From Candidatus Moraniibacteriota bacterium (GTDB taxonomy: Bacteria; Patescibacteriota; Minisyncoccia; Moranbacterales; UBA9337), in contig JAOUHN010000001.1 of NCBI GenBank assembly GCA_029865125.1, positions 1,360 through 65,359 on the forward strand: a stretch of DNA of 64,000 nucleotides, in the 5' to 3' direction. Positions 1-10,427 of the stretch are shown here, one piece after another (position 1 is the stretch's first letter; the number at the start of each line of letters is the position of its first letter). The translations under genes were made by a program, and so were the position numbers. The notes below the pieces were generated by a model that was not told where the DNA came from, did no database searches, and was given only the letters and a program-made list of their open reading frames with translations.

Positions 1-1
1 T

Positions 2-190
2 TCCTCAGTTGAAGAGCTCATGAAAATACACAAAAAAAGAAATGACTCTGACAATTACAGATACAAAAAATATTACGGCAAAGATTGTTATGACAAAAAG
101 AATTTCGACTTTATCATCGACACCACAAATCTAACCCCGCAAGAAGCTTTGGAAAAAACGCTAGAGTACATCAAGACAAAACAATCCTAA
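2..190 (+). CDS. 3' end of a cytidylate kinase-like P-loop NMP kinase (partial; start lies outside the window)
   Basis: Frame-2 ORF ends at TAA 188-190. Tail ...DFIIDTTNLTPQEALEKTLEYIKTKQS resembles Cmk C-termini. Followed by a hairpin and T-run terminator. Confidence 0.4.
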   Translation, partial: SSVEELMKIHKKRNDSDNYRYKKYYGKDCYDKKNFDFIIDTTNLTPQEALEKTLEYIKTKQS

Positions 191-192
191 CC

Positions 193-224
193 AAAAAAAA
201 CAGGCGCTCAGCCTGTTTTTTTTG
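193..224 (+). terminator. Rho-independent terminator (CAGGC-GCTCA-GCCTG hairpin plus T8)
   Basis: A-run, a 5-bp GC stem, then TTTTTTTT read directly from the sequence. Confidence 0.6.
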
Positions 225-235
225 TTCCACTATTT

Positions 236-400
236 GTTCATGTTTCATGTTATACGCTTTATGTTATATGTTTCATGCTATATGTTTCATGTTATACGCT
301 TTATGTTATATGTTTCATGTTACGTGTTTCATGTCGTGTGTTTCATGCTTCATATTTCATGCTCCATGCTCCATGTTCCATGCATTATATATTTCCCGAT
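236..400. repeat. Heptanucleotide tandem array (ATGYTHY)n, about 24 units
   Basis: ATGTTTC ATGTTAT ACGCTTT ATGTTAT ATGTTTC ATGCTAT ... ATGCTCC ATGCTCC ATGTTCC. The period is 7, so it cannot be coding. The 222-431 ORF is an artefact of this repeat. Confidence 0.85.
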
Positions 401-484
401 ATCTTTCTCATATGTTAAAATAAAAAAATGAAAGCCTCCCTCTTGTGAGGATTACTTCGTTTAAGAAATAAACACAAAAACAAA

Positions 485-1447
485 ATGGGAAAAGTCTTAG
501 AAAGACAAAGGGTTAGAAAAACAAAATTGAGCGTAAACTCAATCATAGCGCTCACACTCGCACTATCATCAATTGCAATTATTGGAAATCTGATCTATGA
601 AAAAAACAAAAGTTTTCAAGAAGCTGAGGAATGTGATCAGGAGCTCCAAGAGAAAATCAAAGAAGATTTTGAAGAAAATGCCGTCACAGACATTCAAACC
701 ATTCAAAGTCAAATCAATATGGATGATTGGAAAAATTATCAAACATCTTGGTATGGATTCAAAATACAATACCCTTCCACATGGAAAAACCCTGTTCCAA
801 GAAGCGCTGACAGATATTCACTTGCGGAATATTATTATGAATTTCGGAGTCCTTTGGACAATCCCGGACTATACAGCGGATTTGATGTTGTTGTGTACAA
901 CGTCTCAAAAGTTGAAGAACTTTCCAATACAAATGAATTTCCAAAACTGAAAGATCCCGAAACAACCGAATCAACGTGTCAAACGCTCGATGGACACCTG
1001 CTAGAAACAGGAGAATATCCCGCCGAAGAAATCTACATCCCTTCGATCAATAGATGCTACAACCCTGTTTTGTTTTTCAGTGTCACAAAAGGAGATTACA
1101 TATTCAACATCGTTCCTAAAACAAAAGCTAATGTTGAACCTTCAGGTGACCCAATGAAGGAAATTTCCGATAGTATCCCTGAATTCTTTGCAGCTATTTC
1201 CACATTTGAAAACATCGACATCGTACGAGTAGCCAAACGTTCCACAGCTACCATAAAGTCGCCAAGGCCTGTTTCATACAAACTAGACTCACTTGGACGT
1301 TTTGTGTGTGAAAAGAAAAACGACAAACCCGGAAAAAGCAAAAAAGGGAAAGGGAAGCATCTTGATATGGAATGTTGTCTCGATCCAGATGAATACGCAA
1401 ATCCACATTGTTATTATGATCCAGAGAAATACGGAAAATATCTTTAA
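485..1447 (+). CDS. Hypothetical membrane-anchored protein (N-terminal TM helix, Lys/Cys-rich C-terminus)
   Basis: 320-aa ORF with ATG at 485. Hydrophobic segment SIIALTLALSSIAIIGNLIY. No recognisable catalytic motif. Confidence 0.6.
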   Translation: MGKVLERQRVRKTKLSVNSIIALTLALSSIAIIGNLIYEKNKSFQEAEECDQELQEKIKEDFEENAVTDIQTIQSQINMDDWKNYQTSWYGFKIQYPSTWKNPVPRSADRYSLAEYYYEFRSPLDNPGLYSGFDVVVYNVSKVEELSNTNEFPKLKDPETTESTCQTLDGHLLETGEYPAEEIYIPSINRCYNPVLFFSVTKGDYIFNIVPKTKANVEPSGDPMKEISDSIPEFFAAISTFENIDIVRVAKRSTATIKSPRPVSYKLDSLGRFVCEKKNDKPGKSKKGKGKHLDMECCLDPDEYANPHCYYDPEKYGKYL

Positions 1448-1495
1448 AACACTGGACAAAAGACTTGAAAGGCTATACACTGGCACTAATTAAAT

Positions 1496-2488
1496 GTGCA
1501 ATCAATGAGAAAAAATCTCATCAAAAATATTCAAAATTTTGCCTTTCAGCATGAACTTTGGAACAAAAATTCAAAAATCCTTGTTGGGGTTTCAGGCGGG
1601 CCGGACAGCGTGTGTCTTTTGAGTGTGCTTGTAACTCTTCAAAAAAAATATAATTTCAAAATTCACGTTGCTCATGTGAACTATGGACTGCGAAAAAAAG
1701 ATTCTGATGTTGATGAAAATTTTGTGAAACTTCTTTGCGAAAAAAATAATCTTGATTTCACTATTCTCAATGTCTCAAAAAAAGAGCTGGGAAACAATCC
1801 ATCTGAAAACAAAATGAGAGACGTTCGATATAATTTTTTTGAAAAAACCAGAAGACAGCTTGAATTCAATCTTATTGCTGTTGCTCACAATCAAGATGAT
1901 CAAGCAGAAACAATGCTCATGAGAATCATCCGCGGATCCGGGCTTCAAGGACTCAGAGCAATTCAACCGAAATTAGGGGTCATTATCCGCCCTCTGCTGG
2001 AAACTAGCAGAAAAGACATTGTGGCCTATCTCAAGCAAGAAAAGCTGTCCTATCGCATCGACAAAACAAACAAGGAGTCCGTTTTTCTTCGAAACAAAAT
2101 TCGAAACAAACTCATCCCCTATCTTGAAAAAAACTATAACCCCAAAATCAAACAAACCCTGTCTTCAAACGCATCCATCATCTCATGTGATTATGATGCG
2201 CTTTCCAAAAGCGCTCAAAAAAAGTTGCCCTCAATTTCATTTGAACTATCCAAAAAAAATGTCGCTTCTTTTGATTGTCAAAAATTCAATCAACTTCACA
2301 TTGCTTTTCAGCGACAAATTTTGAGAATTATTATTGAAACGCTAAAAAGTGATCTTAAAAAAATTGAAAATAGACACATCGAAGAGATCATCAAAATTTC
2401 AAAAAGCACCAAAAAGAAAAGTCAATTGGCCGATTTCAAAGGGTTGAAAATTAAGCGAAAGGGTGCTAAAATCTATATGAAAGTTTAA
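1496..2488 (+). CDS. tilS: tRNA(Ile)-lysidine synthetase TilS
   Basis: PP-loop motif GVSGGPDSVCLL (SGGxDS) near the N-terminus; about 330 aa. GTG at 1496, with an alternative ATG at 1505. Confidence 0.85.
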   Translation: MQSMRKNLIKNIQNFAFQHELWNKNSKILVGVSGGPDSVCLLSVLVTLQKKYNFKIHVAHVNYGLRKKDSDVDENFVKLLCEKNNLDFTILNVSKKELGNNPSENKMRDVRYNFFEKTRRQLEFNLIAVAHNQDDQAETMLMRIIRGSGLQGLRAIQPKLGVIIRPLLETSRKDIVAYLKQEKLSYRIDKTNKESVFLRNKIRNKLIPYLEKNYNPKIKQTLSSNASIISCDYDALSKSAQKKLPSISFELSKKNVASFDCQKFNQLHIAFQRQILRIIIETLKSDLKKIENRHIEEIIKISKSTKKKSQLADFKGLKIKRKGAKIYMKV

Positions 2489-2599
2489 AAATTTTAATTA
2501 TAATCATTTTTAAATATTAAAACTTTGAAAAAATAAAAAGGCACCTTGAGATGCTCGATTGTTTTCATGTCTTAATATTTTCATGATTTCATTTACACC

Positions 2600-4426
2600 G
2601 TGGACAAATTCATCAAAAATTTCATTATTCCGTCTCTCCTATTCTTTGTTCTTGTGTCTGGGATTCTTGTTCTCTATAAATCTCCCGATAAAAAACCAGA
2701 GAAAATATCCATCAGCAAACTTGCAGAGCAAATCAACAACGGACAAGTGTCTTCCATAGAAGTGAAAAACAATAAACTCAGCATTAATTTAAACGATGAG
2801 ACTCTTGAGGAGGCCGTCAAAGAATCTGAGAGCTCTCTTAGTGAATCTTTGAATAACTACGGCGTTGATCAGGAAAAACTTCGAAATATCAAGATTGAAG
2901 TGCAAGAAAACAGCTCCACAACTGTTTGGGCTGGAATGATTTTGCCTTTTCTTCTTCCATTTCTGCTAATTGCAGCTTTTTTCTGGTTTATGATGAAACA
3001 AGCCCAAAAAGGAAATTCTCAAGCAATGTCATTTGGTTCAAGTAGAGCCAGAATGACTGACCCTAAGGACAAAAAGAAGAGAACGATGTTTAAAGATGTT
3101 GCTGGAGCCAAAGAAGCCAAGGAAGAGCTGGGTGAAGTTGTTGATTTCTTAAAGCATCCGAAAAAATTTCTTGATATGGGAGCCAAAATTCCAAAAGGTG
3201 TTTTGCTTTTAGGCCCTCCTGGTACAGGAAAAACACTGATGGCCAAAGCGGTTGCTGGAGAAGCAGGCGTTCCATTTTTTAACATTAGTGGTTCCGAATT
3301 CGTGGAAATGTTTGTTGGTGTTGGAGCATCCAGAGTAAGAGATCTTTTCAAGCAAGCAAAGAAAAATGCACCTGCTATTGTTTTCATTGATGAAATCGAC
3401 GCTGTTGGAAGACATCGAGGCGCTGGACTTGGAGGAGGGCATGATGAAAGAGAGCAAACGCTAAATCAAATTTTAGTTGAAATGGATGGATTTGAAACGG
3501 AAACCAACATTATCGTTTTGGCAGCAACCAACAGACCTGATATTCTTGATCCTGCACTTCTAAGGCCGGGAAGATTTGACAGAAGAGTGACTTTGGATCT
3601 TCCAGATATCAATGAAAGAGAGGCTATTCTCAAAATACATGCTCAAAACAAAAATCTTGAAAAGGATGTTGAGCTCAAAAACATTGCGCAAAGAACTCCT
3701 GGATTTTCAGGAGCTGATCTTGGAAATCTTGTCAACGAAGCTGCGATTTTGAGTACTCGAAGAAACAAAAAAACCATCGGGATGCAAGAATTGAGAGAAT
3801 CCATCGAAAAGGTGATCATGGGGCCGGAAAGAAAAAGCAGGGTGATTAGTGAAAAAGAAAGAAAAATTGTAGCCTACCACGAAGCTGGTCATGCTCTCGT
3901 GGCTGCAAGTCTCAAAAATGCTGATCCTGTTCAAAAGGTTTCCATTATTGCCAGAGGAAGTGCTGGAGGATACACAATGTCAGTTCCAACAGAAGACAGA
4001 AGCCTTCACTCCAAGAGAGCATTTATCGATGAGCTAGCCACTCTTCTTGGTGGATATGTCAGTGAGGCTGCCACATTTAATGATGTCACCACAGGAGCAT
4101 CTAACGATCTTGAGAGAGCTACTCACATGGCAAGAAACATGGTGACTCGCTACGGAATGAGTGACCTCGGACCAAGAACATTTGGAAAAAAAGAAGAGCT
4201 TGTTTTCCTTGGAAAAGAAGTTAGCGAAGAAAAAGACTATTCTGAGCAAACCGCTCAAAAAATTGATGAGGCAGTTTCAATATTTATTAACAATGCAAAA
4301 GAAACGGCCCACAAAATCATCACCGAAAAGAAAGACTTGCTAGACAAAATATCCGATACACTTCTTGAGAAAGAAAATATTGAAAAAGAAGAATTTGACG
4401 AAATCATAAGTGGAATTAAGAAGTAG
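2600..4426 (+). CDS. ftsH: ATP-dependent zinc metalloprotease FtsH
   Basis: N-terminal TM helices, Walker A GPPGTGKT, second region of homology, and the zinc motif HEAGHA. 608 aa with a GTG start. Confidence 0.95.
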   Translation: MDKFIKNFIIPSLLFFVLVSGILVLYKSPDKKPEKISISKLAEQINNGQVSSIEVKNNKLSINLNDETLEEAVKESESSLSESLNNYGVDQEKLRNIKIEVQENSSTTVWAGMILPFLLPFLLIAAFFWFMMKQAQKGNSQAMSFGSSRARMTDPKDKKKRTMFKDVAGAKEAKEELGEVVDFLKHPKKFLDMGAKIPKGVLLLGPPGTGKTLMAKAVAGEAGVPFFNISGSEFVEMFVGVGASRVRDLFKQAKKNAPAIVFIDEIDAVGRHRGAGLGGGHDEREQTLNQILVEMDGFETETNIIVLAATNRPDILDPALLRPGRFDRRVTLDLPDINEREAILKIHAQNKNLEKDVELKNIAQRTPGFSGADLGNLVNEAAILSTRRNKKTIGMQELRESIEKVIMGPERKSRVISEKERKIVAYHEAGHALVAASLKNADPVQKVSIIARGSAGGYTMSVPTEDRSLHSKRAFIDELATLLGGYVSEAATFNDVTTGASNDLERATHMARNMVTRYGMSDLGPRTFGKKEELVFLGKEVSEEKDYSEQTAQKIDEAVSIFINNAKETAHKIITEKKDLLDKISDTLLEKENIEKEEFDEIISGIKK

Positions 4427-4437
4427 TCACAAAAAAT

Positions 4438-5388
4438 ATGACTCTCAAAAAAGATATCGAGAAATCTGTTGAATTAATGAAAGAAGCAATCCAAATTACC
4501 TGGAAAAATGGATATCTTTGGTGGTTTGGATTGGTCATTGCTATTAGTGAAGACTTAATTTATTTTGCAACAGGTGCTGCAGTAGACCAAAAGTCCCAAG
4601 AAGCACTTACTCAGCTCAATATTGCTCCTCTTATTGAATTAGTTAGGGTAATCAATCAAAATAAAGAAGAAGCTATTTTAGGGCTTATTTTAATATCTTC
4701 AATTCTAATTATTATTAACATCGCTTCTTATTCTTCAATATTAATATCTTTAAAAAGAATACTAAAAAACCAAGAAAGCACCTTGAAATCTAGCATCATC
4801 GAGGGAAGAAAATTCGTCAAAAAAATTATTGGATTTGAATTATCTCTAGCTATCTTTTTATTGTCAGTTCTCGTGATACTCGCTCTTCCAATCTATCTTC
4901 TCAAAAATGCTAACCTTCCCATCATAGCGGATTTCATGTTTCTCGGAGCCATTCTTATTTTCATTCCAATTGCAATAATTTCATATTTCACAAGAATATT
5001 TGGACATCTCTATTTGGTGCAACACCGTCTTAGCATCAAAGAATCATTTCGAAATGCTTATTCCGTTTTCAGCAATAACCTAAGATCATCTTTCACACTT
5101 TTTGCATCACTCATTATTATTTTGATGACTCTTACACTGTTTCTAGTATTGCTAGTTAATATTTTTTCTGCTATATTGTTACTCACTGGTTCAGAAGTAA
5201 TCGTAAAGCTAGGAATGGCTATCTTGATCATATTTGATATTATTGTCAAAGCTGCAATGATAGTATTTCAAAGAACTTTGTGGGTTATCTTTTTCAATAA
5301 GATCACAATTCGTAAAGATGACTTGAAAGAAAAAGTGCTCGCATCCGAACTTCAAGAATCCACTGCAATTGCAAAAGAGCAGGCATAA
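4438..5388 (+). CDS. Polytopic membrane protein of unknown function
   Basis: 316 aa with six or more hydrophobic helices; tightly follows ftsH. Confidence 0.6.
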   Translation: MTLKKDIEKSVELMKEAIQITWKNGYLWWFGLVIAISEDLIYFATGAAVDQKSQEALTQLNIAPLIELVRVINQNKEEAILGLILISSILIIINIASYSSILISLKRILKNQESTLKSSIIEGRKFVKKIIGFELSLAIFLLSVLVILALPIYLLKNANLPIIADFMFLGAILIFIPIAIISYFTRIFGHLYLVQHRLSIKESFRNAYSVFSNNLRSSFTLFASLIIILMTLTLFLVLLVNIFSAILLLTGSEVIVKLGMAILIIFDIIVKAAMIVFQRTLWVIFFNKITIRKDDLKEKVLASELQESTAIAKEQA

Positions 5389-5396
5389 GAAAAGTT

Positions 5397-5470
5397 GCGC
5401 GTGTAACTCAGCTGGCTAGAGTACTTCCTTGACATGGAAGAAGTCCCTGGTTCGAGTCCAGGTACGCGCA
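5397..5470 (+). tRNA. tRNA-Val (anticodon GAC)
   Basis: Cloverleaf: acceptor GCGCGTG/TACGCGC, D-arm ACTC-AGCTGGCTAG-AGT, anticodon stem CTTCC/GGAAG with loop TTGACAT, T-arm CCTGG-TTCGAGT-CCAGG. CCA is not encoded. Confidence 0.85.
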
Positions 5471-5477
5471 CAAAACA

Positions 5478-5513
5478 AAAACTACTCCGAACAATCGGGG
5501 TAGTTTTTTTTAA
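5478..5513 (+). terminator. Rho-independent terminator after tRNA-Val
   Basis: ACTACTCCGA-ACAA-TCGGGGTAGT hairpin followed by T8. Confidence 0.65.
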
Positions 5514-5525
5514 TCTTAACTATTG

Positions 5526-6503
5526 CTACCGAAGTGTACATCCACCAGAAGAAGAGGTTCTTCCAAGAGATCCGATTCCCAAATCTCCAAACAAACTTCC
5601 GTCTGGACTAAGATTTCCCAATTCATCTGATATATTTTGAAAACTACTACAAATCTTTTCGTTTATTGCTTGCTGCGCGTTTTTCTGAGCATTTCCAACT
5701 CCTTGCTTGATGACTGATGTCAAAATTTTTCCAACAGTCGCACCTACGACCCCGCCAACAGAATCGGCATTTGCTAATGACTCTCCTGACATAGCTAGTG
5801 AATCAGCTTGAATATCTTTTGTTAATGAACCAGGAGTCAAAACAGTTTTTCCATCACTACCAACAGTCGCTTTGTATCCATGATATGCAATCGCTTGGAT
5901 TTCTGCTTCTTTTTCGAGTTCTTCCTGTCTTTGAGATTTAATATCTTCCGCTATCAATGCATATGCGGGAGGAAAGTTATTTGGCTCAAAAAGAGCATCA
6001 AAAGCTGCCCATCCACCCTCTTCAATTGCATTTTGAACACTACAAGCGTATTCTTCAAAATCACTTTGCAGATTGCTCCAATCAACCACAATATCCGTAG
6101 ACTGCCTGGCTCCTGCTGAACGCCATTTTGTAAAATTGTCTTTGCCGCAACCAGAAGCATAGCCAGACGAAGAAGATCTTCCTCGATTTGTCACCGTGAA
6201 AAAATCATTCATATACATCGAAGACCTGGCTTTAGGAGAGGAAAACAAATATTCTTCCCAATCAGTAATGAATAATGCGCTTGTTTGAGTTGCTCCGGAT
6301 ATCAGATTGTTTACAGTATCATTGATCATTTCAATTGCTGCTGTTCTCAATGCACTAACCAATGCTTCTTTTACTTCATCAAAAATTCGTTGTGCAGCAA
6401 AATTAGCTGTAGTTTCTCCATACCAAGCCATGGATTTTTGAGTTGGCGCAAAGCAAAAAAACACCACAATAAAAACAATTACTATTTTCTGCATATAGTT
6501 CAT
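5526..6503 (-). CDS. Secreted hypothetical protein (N-terminal signal peptide)
   Basis: 325 aa. N-terminus MNYMQKIVIVFIVVFFCFAPTQKSMA; Gly/Ser-rich C-terminus; no known motif. Confidence 0.55.
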   Translation of the reverse strand: MNYMQKIVIVFIVVFFCFAPTQKSMAWYGETTANFAAQRIFDEVKEALVSALRTAAIEMINDTVNNLISGATQTSALFITDWEEYLFSSPKARSSMYMNDFFTVTNRGRSSSSGYASGCGKDNFTKWRSAGARQSTDIVVDWSNLQSDFEEYACSVQNAIEEGGWAAFDALFEPNNFPPAYALIAEDIKSQRQEELEKEAEIQAIAYHGYKATVGSDGKTVLTPGSLTKDIQADSLAMSGESLANADSVGGVVGATVGKILTSVIKQGVGNAQKNAQQAINEKICSSFQNISDELGNLSPDGSLFGDLGIGSLGRTSSSGGCTLR

Positions 6504-6509
6504 ATATTT

Positions 6510-7526
6510 TTATATTCCTAATCCAATTTCTTCAATTTGATCAAGCCCTAATTCATTCATTTTTCCTGAAATCTCATTTTGAAAATCTGCAAATAACGCT
6601 AACATATTTTGAGCTTTTCCCAGAGAAACTATGGATCCGATAGGGTCATCAGGATTAATTTCAACATTTTCTTTGAGTGTGATCGCTTTGTTCAAAAGTT
6701 TCAATCCTTTTTTGTGCATTTCAACCATATCTTCTGGAACCTCGATTTTTTCAAATTGTGTCAAAAAGTTATCACCTTTTTCAGCCATATTTTCAAAATA
6801 TTCCATTTTTGAAGAAACTCCTTCCAAACTTGAAAGAGATGAAATTTTTGAAATAATTTCATCCTCAAAACCACCCAAATCATCTGGTTTTGTTATTTTA
6901 TATGGAGAATTCTCCACTGCTAGATAATATACTGCTGTGACATATTTTTCATTATCTTCCTTTTTTTTTCTGGCTTGTTTTTCTTCGCTAAACTCAGAAT
7001 AATTTTGTTTTTTTATTTTTATTGAAGATTCATCAATTTCTTCAATTTCATCAAGATCATCAAAAGCGCTGTTTTCAGATAGGGCCCCCTCAACAAGCAT
7101 GTTTATATCATCTATCGTGGCTATATCTTCTTCATTATTATTTGAATCAGAAATCATTTCTGAAATCTTTTTTGCAATTTCCTGAGTGAGATTTGCATCG
7201 TTTTCATCTTCTTTGTTTTCCTCGTTACCATCCACAGAAGTCTTTGCTTTTTCTTGAACAATTTTGTCTCCTGGCGCCGGCTTTAGCGGATCATATCCAC
7301 TTTGAACCTCTGTTCCATCGGAATATCCATCACCATCGCTATCTTTATTATTAGGATCCGTTCCATACACAACTTCCTCATCATTTGAAAGACCGTCTTG
7401 ATCGAAATCAGCAAAAACACCCTCCGATGATGAAGAGTTGCTTTGCGCATATACAGAAAAACCAATTCCAAAGAAAAATAATACTAAAAAAATTCCAATA
7501 GATTTTTTTGTTTTCGATAAATTCAT
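6510..7526 (-). CDS. Secreted acidic protein with thrombospondin-type-3-like Ca-binding Asp repeats
   Basis: Signal peptide, then DQDGLSNDEE and DSDGDGYSDGTE repeats, then a long acidic region. Separated by 6 bp from the upstream ORF on the same strand, so a likely operon. Confidence 0.6.
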   Translation of the reverse strand: MNLSKTKKSIGIFLVLFFFGIGFSVYAQSNSSSSEGVFADFDQDGLSNDEEVVYGTDPNNKDSDGDGYSDGTEVQSGYDPLKPAPGDKIVQEKAKTSVDGNEENKEDENDANLTQEIAKKISEMISDSNNNEEDIATIDDINMLVEGALSENSAFDDLDEIEEIDESSIKIKKQNYSEFSEEKQARKKKEDNEKYVTAVYYLAVENSPYKITKPDDLGGFEDEIISKISSLSSLEGVSSKMEYFENMAEKGDNFLTQFEKIEVPEDMVEMHKKGLKLLNKAITLKENVEINPDDPIGSIVSLGKAQNMLALFADFQNEISGKMNELGLDQIEEIGLGI

Positions 7527-7592
7527 TTTTGTTTTACATAATCACAACCTCAATGCTATTATACTAAATAATAATCCAGTAAGCAAACAAGA

Positions 7593-9248
7593 ATGAAAAA
7601 ATTCCTCGATATAGCAGGCTCTCTTTTAACTGAGATAGAAAACAGCAAAACCAATCTTTCTATTTGGATCATTTCCTTCCTTGCACTAATCTCAATCAGA
7701 CTTCTGATCATCAGATTTTTGACTGAATCATGGGCCAAAGTTCCTCTGGCAAAAAAAGACTTGTGGTTTTTCTATGAATTTTCACACACATTTTTATTTT
7801 TTCTGATAACCTATCTTCTTTTTTTGATAATTTTGAAAAAACTACTGAAGTTATCTATTAAAAAAGTTTCCAATATTCTTTTATTTGGATATATCATCAT
7901 TCTCACGCCACCAGTGACAGATCACATTATTTCCAAAGGAAAAGGATTTTGGAGTTTCTATGAATTTGACAATCTATATGGACTTTTGATCAGATTTTTC
8001 ACTTTTTTTGGCTCCACTCCTGAATCTGGAATGACTTATGGCGTCAGAATTGGAGTGGCCATATCATTGCTATTCATCTTCATCTATGGATACGCAAAGA
8101 CAAAAAAAGTTCTCGCATCTTTGAAATTACTCCTTGTGTCCTATGTGATTTTCTTTATTCTTGGAACACTCCCATCATGGATCGCGATCCTGGTTCAAGG
8201 AGCAAGCAAAGGATTTCTTTCGGTAGATGCAATTGACACCGCACAAATGTTTTTGTCTCCTCCTTCAATATTTTCAAGGGAAGTCGGAGACACTCTGAGC
8301 GCCATAAGCGTCAAAATGAGTCTGGTTTTGACACCAGTTCTCATTCCAACAATTCTGCTCTCGTTCTATTCTGAATATTTTGAAAAAATAAAGCTGTTCA
8401 TGAAAAACATACGTGTGGCTCAAATTTTTCTTCATGTTGGAATGTTGCTCACTGGAATAGGACTTGCTATGATTTTTTCTCCAAGTGATTGGGATTTGAA
8501 TTTTTTCAATGCATTGGCAATATTGATTGCGATTCAAGCTGTTGTTCTTTCATGGATCACTTCCATTGTCGTTAATGACATTTTTGATCAGAAAATAGAT
8601 GAAATTTCAAACTCATCTCGACCACTTGTTCTCAAAAAGTTTTCTGTCGTTGAATATCAAGTAATTGGAATCGTCTCTTTTGTCTTAGCAATCCTTTCTG
8701 CCTATACCATAAGCACAAAAGTAGCCTTATTTCTTGTTGTATATCAATCACTCGCATGGCTATATTCCGCTGCGCCTTTTCGCCTCAAAAAATTCACTGT
8801 CATTTCAACTTTCATAAGCTCAGTTGCACTAATAATAATCATGTTTTGTGGATTCATATTAGTTTCTCCAACACAAACAATCACCAATCTTCCTCAAAGC
8901 ATCATCTTGCTACTTTTGATTTCTCTCACAATATCCCTCCCCGTCAAAGATCTCAAAGATATCAAGGGAGATGCGAAAGACAAAATTCGCACTATTCCTG
9001 TTGTTTTTGGAGAATATTGGGGGAAGGTTATCATTGCCAGTGGAATCTTTCTCTCATTCATCCTGAGTGTTTTCTTTTTGAATGAGTTTCAACTTCTCTG
9101 GTGGGCAGCCCTATTTGGAGGAATATCTTTTTGGGTGGTTCTTTATTCAAATCAAAATAAATACATCACTCACAGAAATATCAATTGGTGGCTTCTTTCG
9201 ATTCTTTTTGCCTACACTGTAATTCTCATCTTCACAGTGTTTGTATAG
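7593..9248 (+). CDS. UbiA-family prenyltransferase with a roughly 300-aa N-terminal polytopic membrane extension
   Basis: The C-terminal half carries the UbiA Asp-rich motifs NDIFDQKIDEISNSSRP and KDLKDIKGDAKD. 551 aa with more than 12 predicted TM helices. Confidence 0.65.
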   Translation: MKKFLDIAGSLLTEIENSKTNLSIWIISFLALISIRLLIIRFLTESWAKVPLAKKDLWFFYEFSHTFLFFLITYLLFLIILKKLLKLSIKKVSNILLFGYIIILTPPVTDHIISKGKGFWSFYEFDNLYGLLIRFFTFFGSTPESGMTYGVRIGVAISLLFIFIYGYAKTKKVLASLKLLLVSYVIFFILGTLPSWIAILVQGASKGFLSVDAIDTAQMFLSPPSIFSREVGDTLSAISVKMSLVLTPVLIPTILLSFYSEYFEKIKLFMKNIRVAQIFLHVGMLLTGIGLAMIFSPSDWDLNFFNALAILIAIQAVVLSWITSIVVNDIFDQKIDEISNSSRPLVLKKFSVVEYQVIGIVSFVLAILSAYTISTKVALFLVVYQSLAWLYSAAPFRLKKFTVISTFISSVALIIIMFCGFILVSPTQTITNLPQSIILLLLISLTISLPVKDLKDIKGDAKDKIRTIPVVFGEYWGKVIIASGIFLSFILSVFFLNEFQLLWWAALFGGISFWVVLYSNQNKYITHRNINWWLLSILFAYTVILIFTVFV

Positions 9249-9384
9249 ATTATTCACTCTGCTTGTTTCTCCATAAACCATCACATATGCTCTGTGTCAT
9301 CTCGAGCGAAACAAAATGAGAAACGAGTGAAGTGAAGTTAAGAGACCTCGCACTTTTGATTAACTGAGACCTTATCAAGCCACA

Positions 9385-9418
9385 AAAAAAATCCTGACGC
9401 CTCCGTCAGGATTTTTTG
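9385..9418. terminator. Bidirectional rho-independent terminator between convergent genes
   Basis: A8-TCCTGACG-CCTC-CGTCAGGA-T6. Confidence 0.7.
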
Positions 9419-9427
9419 CTATATATC

Positions 9428-9512
9428 ACATGTCCCATGCCCTATGTTTCGTGTTCCATGCTATATGTTCTATGCTCCATGTTATGTGCTGCATGCTCCA
9501 TGCTCTACGCTG
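9428..9512. repeat. Heptanucleotide (ATGYYYY)n array, about 12 units
   Basis: ATGTCCC ATGCCCT ATGTTTC GTGTTCC ATGCTAT ATGTTCT ATGCTCC ATGTTAT GTGCTGC ATGCTCC ATGCTCT. Confidence 0.8.
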
Positions 9513-9515
9513 CCT

Positions 9516-10337
9516 CTATTCATTCAGTGCTTCAAAAGCGTCTCTTAGCTTCTTCCAATTTTCAACCGAAAGCTCTTGAGCTCTTGTATAAATATTAAAC
9601 CCATTGTTTTCCAAAATATTTTGAACCACCACCTTTTCCAGATGAAGTCCATTGGCCAAATTGTTTAATAATGTTTTTCTCCTCGCAGAAAATCCGGCTT
9701 TGACAATTCTAAAAAATGCTTTGTTTTTTTCTTTGTCACGAACATCTTCTGAATTTTTCGGAATAATTCTCACAACAGCGCTGTCCACTTCCGGAACCGG
9801 CTCAAAACATTCTCTGTCCACTTCAATCAAAAACTCAACGTCTGCATAATATTGAACAGACACAGCCAAAATACTCATCTGTCCAGACTCCGCCAAAATC
9901 CTGTTGGCCACTTCAAGTTGCATCATGAGAATCATTTCCTTGGGTGGATTGTCTGATTCTAAAAACAAACGGATTATTTTTGAAGTGATGTAATATGGGA
10001 TATTGGCCACTACCTTGTATCCGTCATATTGATAGGGTGCCATCATGTCAGTAAGATTGATTGTCAAAATGTCACCGTGAACAACCTCAAAGCCTTCTTC
10101 ATCCTGAAACTTTTTCTCCAAACCTTCCACAAGATTTTTGTCCAGTTCAACTGCCACAACCTTCCTCACATATCTCATCAACTCCTGAGACAAAACTCCC
10201 TGCCCTGGACCGATTTCAAGCACAACATCATCCGGATCAAGATTGGCAGAAACAGCAATTCTTTCCACCACACTATTATCCTTCAAAAAATTCTGCCCCA
10301 ATGATTTTTTAGGCTTCGCCTTAAATTCTTTTTCCAT
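9516..10337 (-). CDS. rsmA: 16S rRNA (adenine1518/1519-N6)-dimethyltransferase RsmA/KsgA
   Basis: LGQNFLKD near the N-terminus, SAM-binding VLEIGPGQGVLSQEL, and the DxxxxNIPY motif. 273 aa. Confidence 0.9.
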   Translation of the reverse strand: MEKEFKAKPKKSLGQNFLKDNSVVERIAVSANLDPDDVVLEIGPGQGVLSQELMRYVRKVVAVELDKNLVEGLEKKFQDEEGFEVVHGDILTINLTDMMAPYQYDGYKVVANIPYYITSKIIRLFLESDNPPKEMILMMQLEVANRILAESGQMSILAVSVQYYADVEFLIEVDRECFEPVPEVDSAVVRIIPKNSEDVRDKEKNKAFFRIVKAGFSARRKTLLNNLANGLHLEKVVVQNILENNGFNIYTRAQELSVENWKKLRDAFEALNE

Positions 10338-10427
10338 ACTATTAAACTTAATTAACTATTTATAACAAACTCCTTTACCCCTCCCTCCTCGGGAGGAGGG
10401 GGTTGGGGGGAGGTGCGAAACGTCACA

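Noticed and set aside
222-431. 69-aa ORF MFHYLFMFHV...
   Set aside because: It is generated entirely by the 7-nt tandem repeat and has no RBS. Repeat-derived ORFs of this kind are spurious.
3019-3387. Antisense ORFs inside ftsH (and similar 60-170-aa ORFs nested opposite pnp, groEL, gyrA, comM, pilB, ahcY and others)
   Set aside because: They fully overlap well-supported conserved genes on the opposite strand and have no independent motifs.
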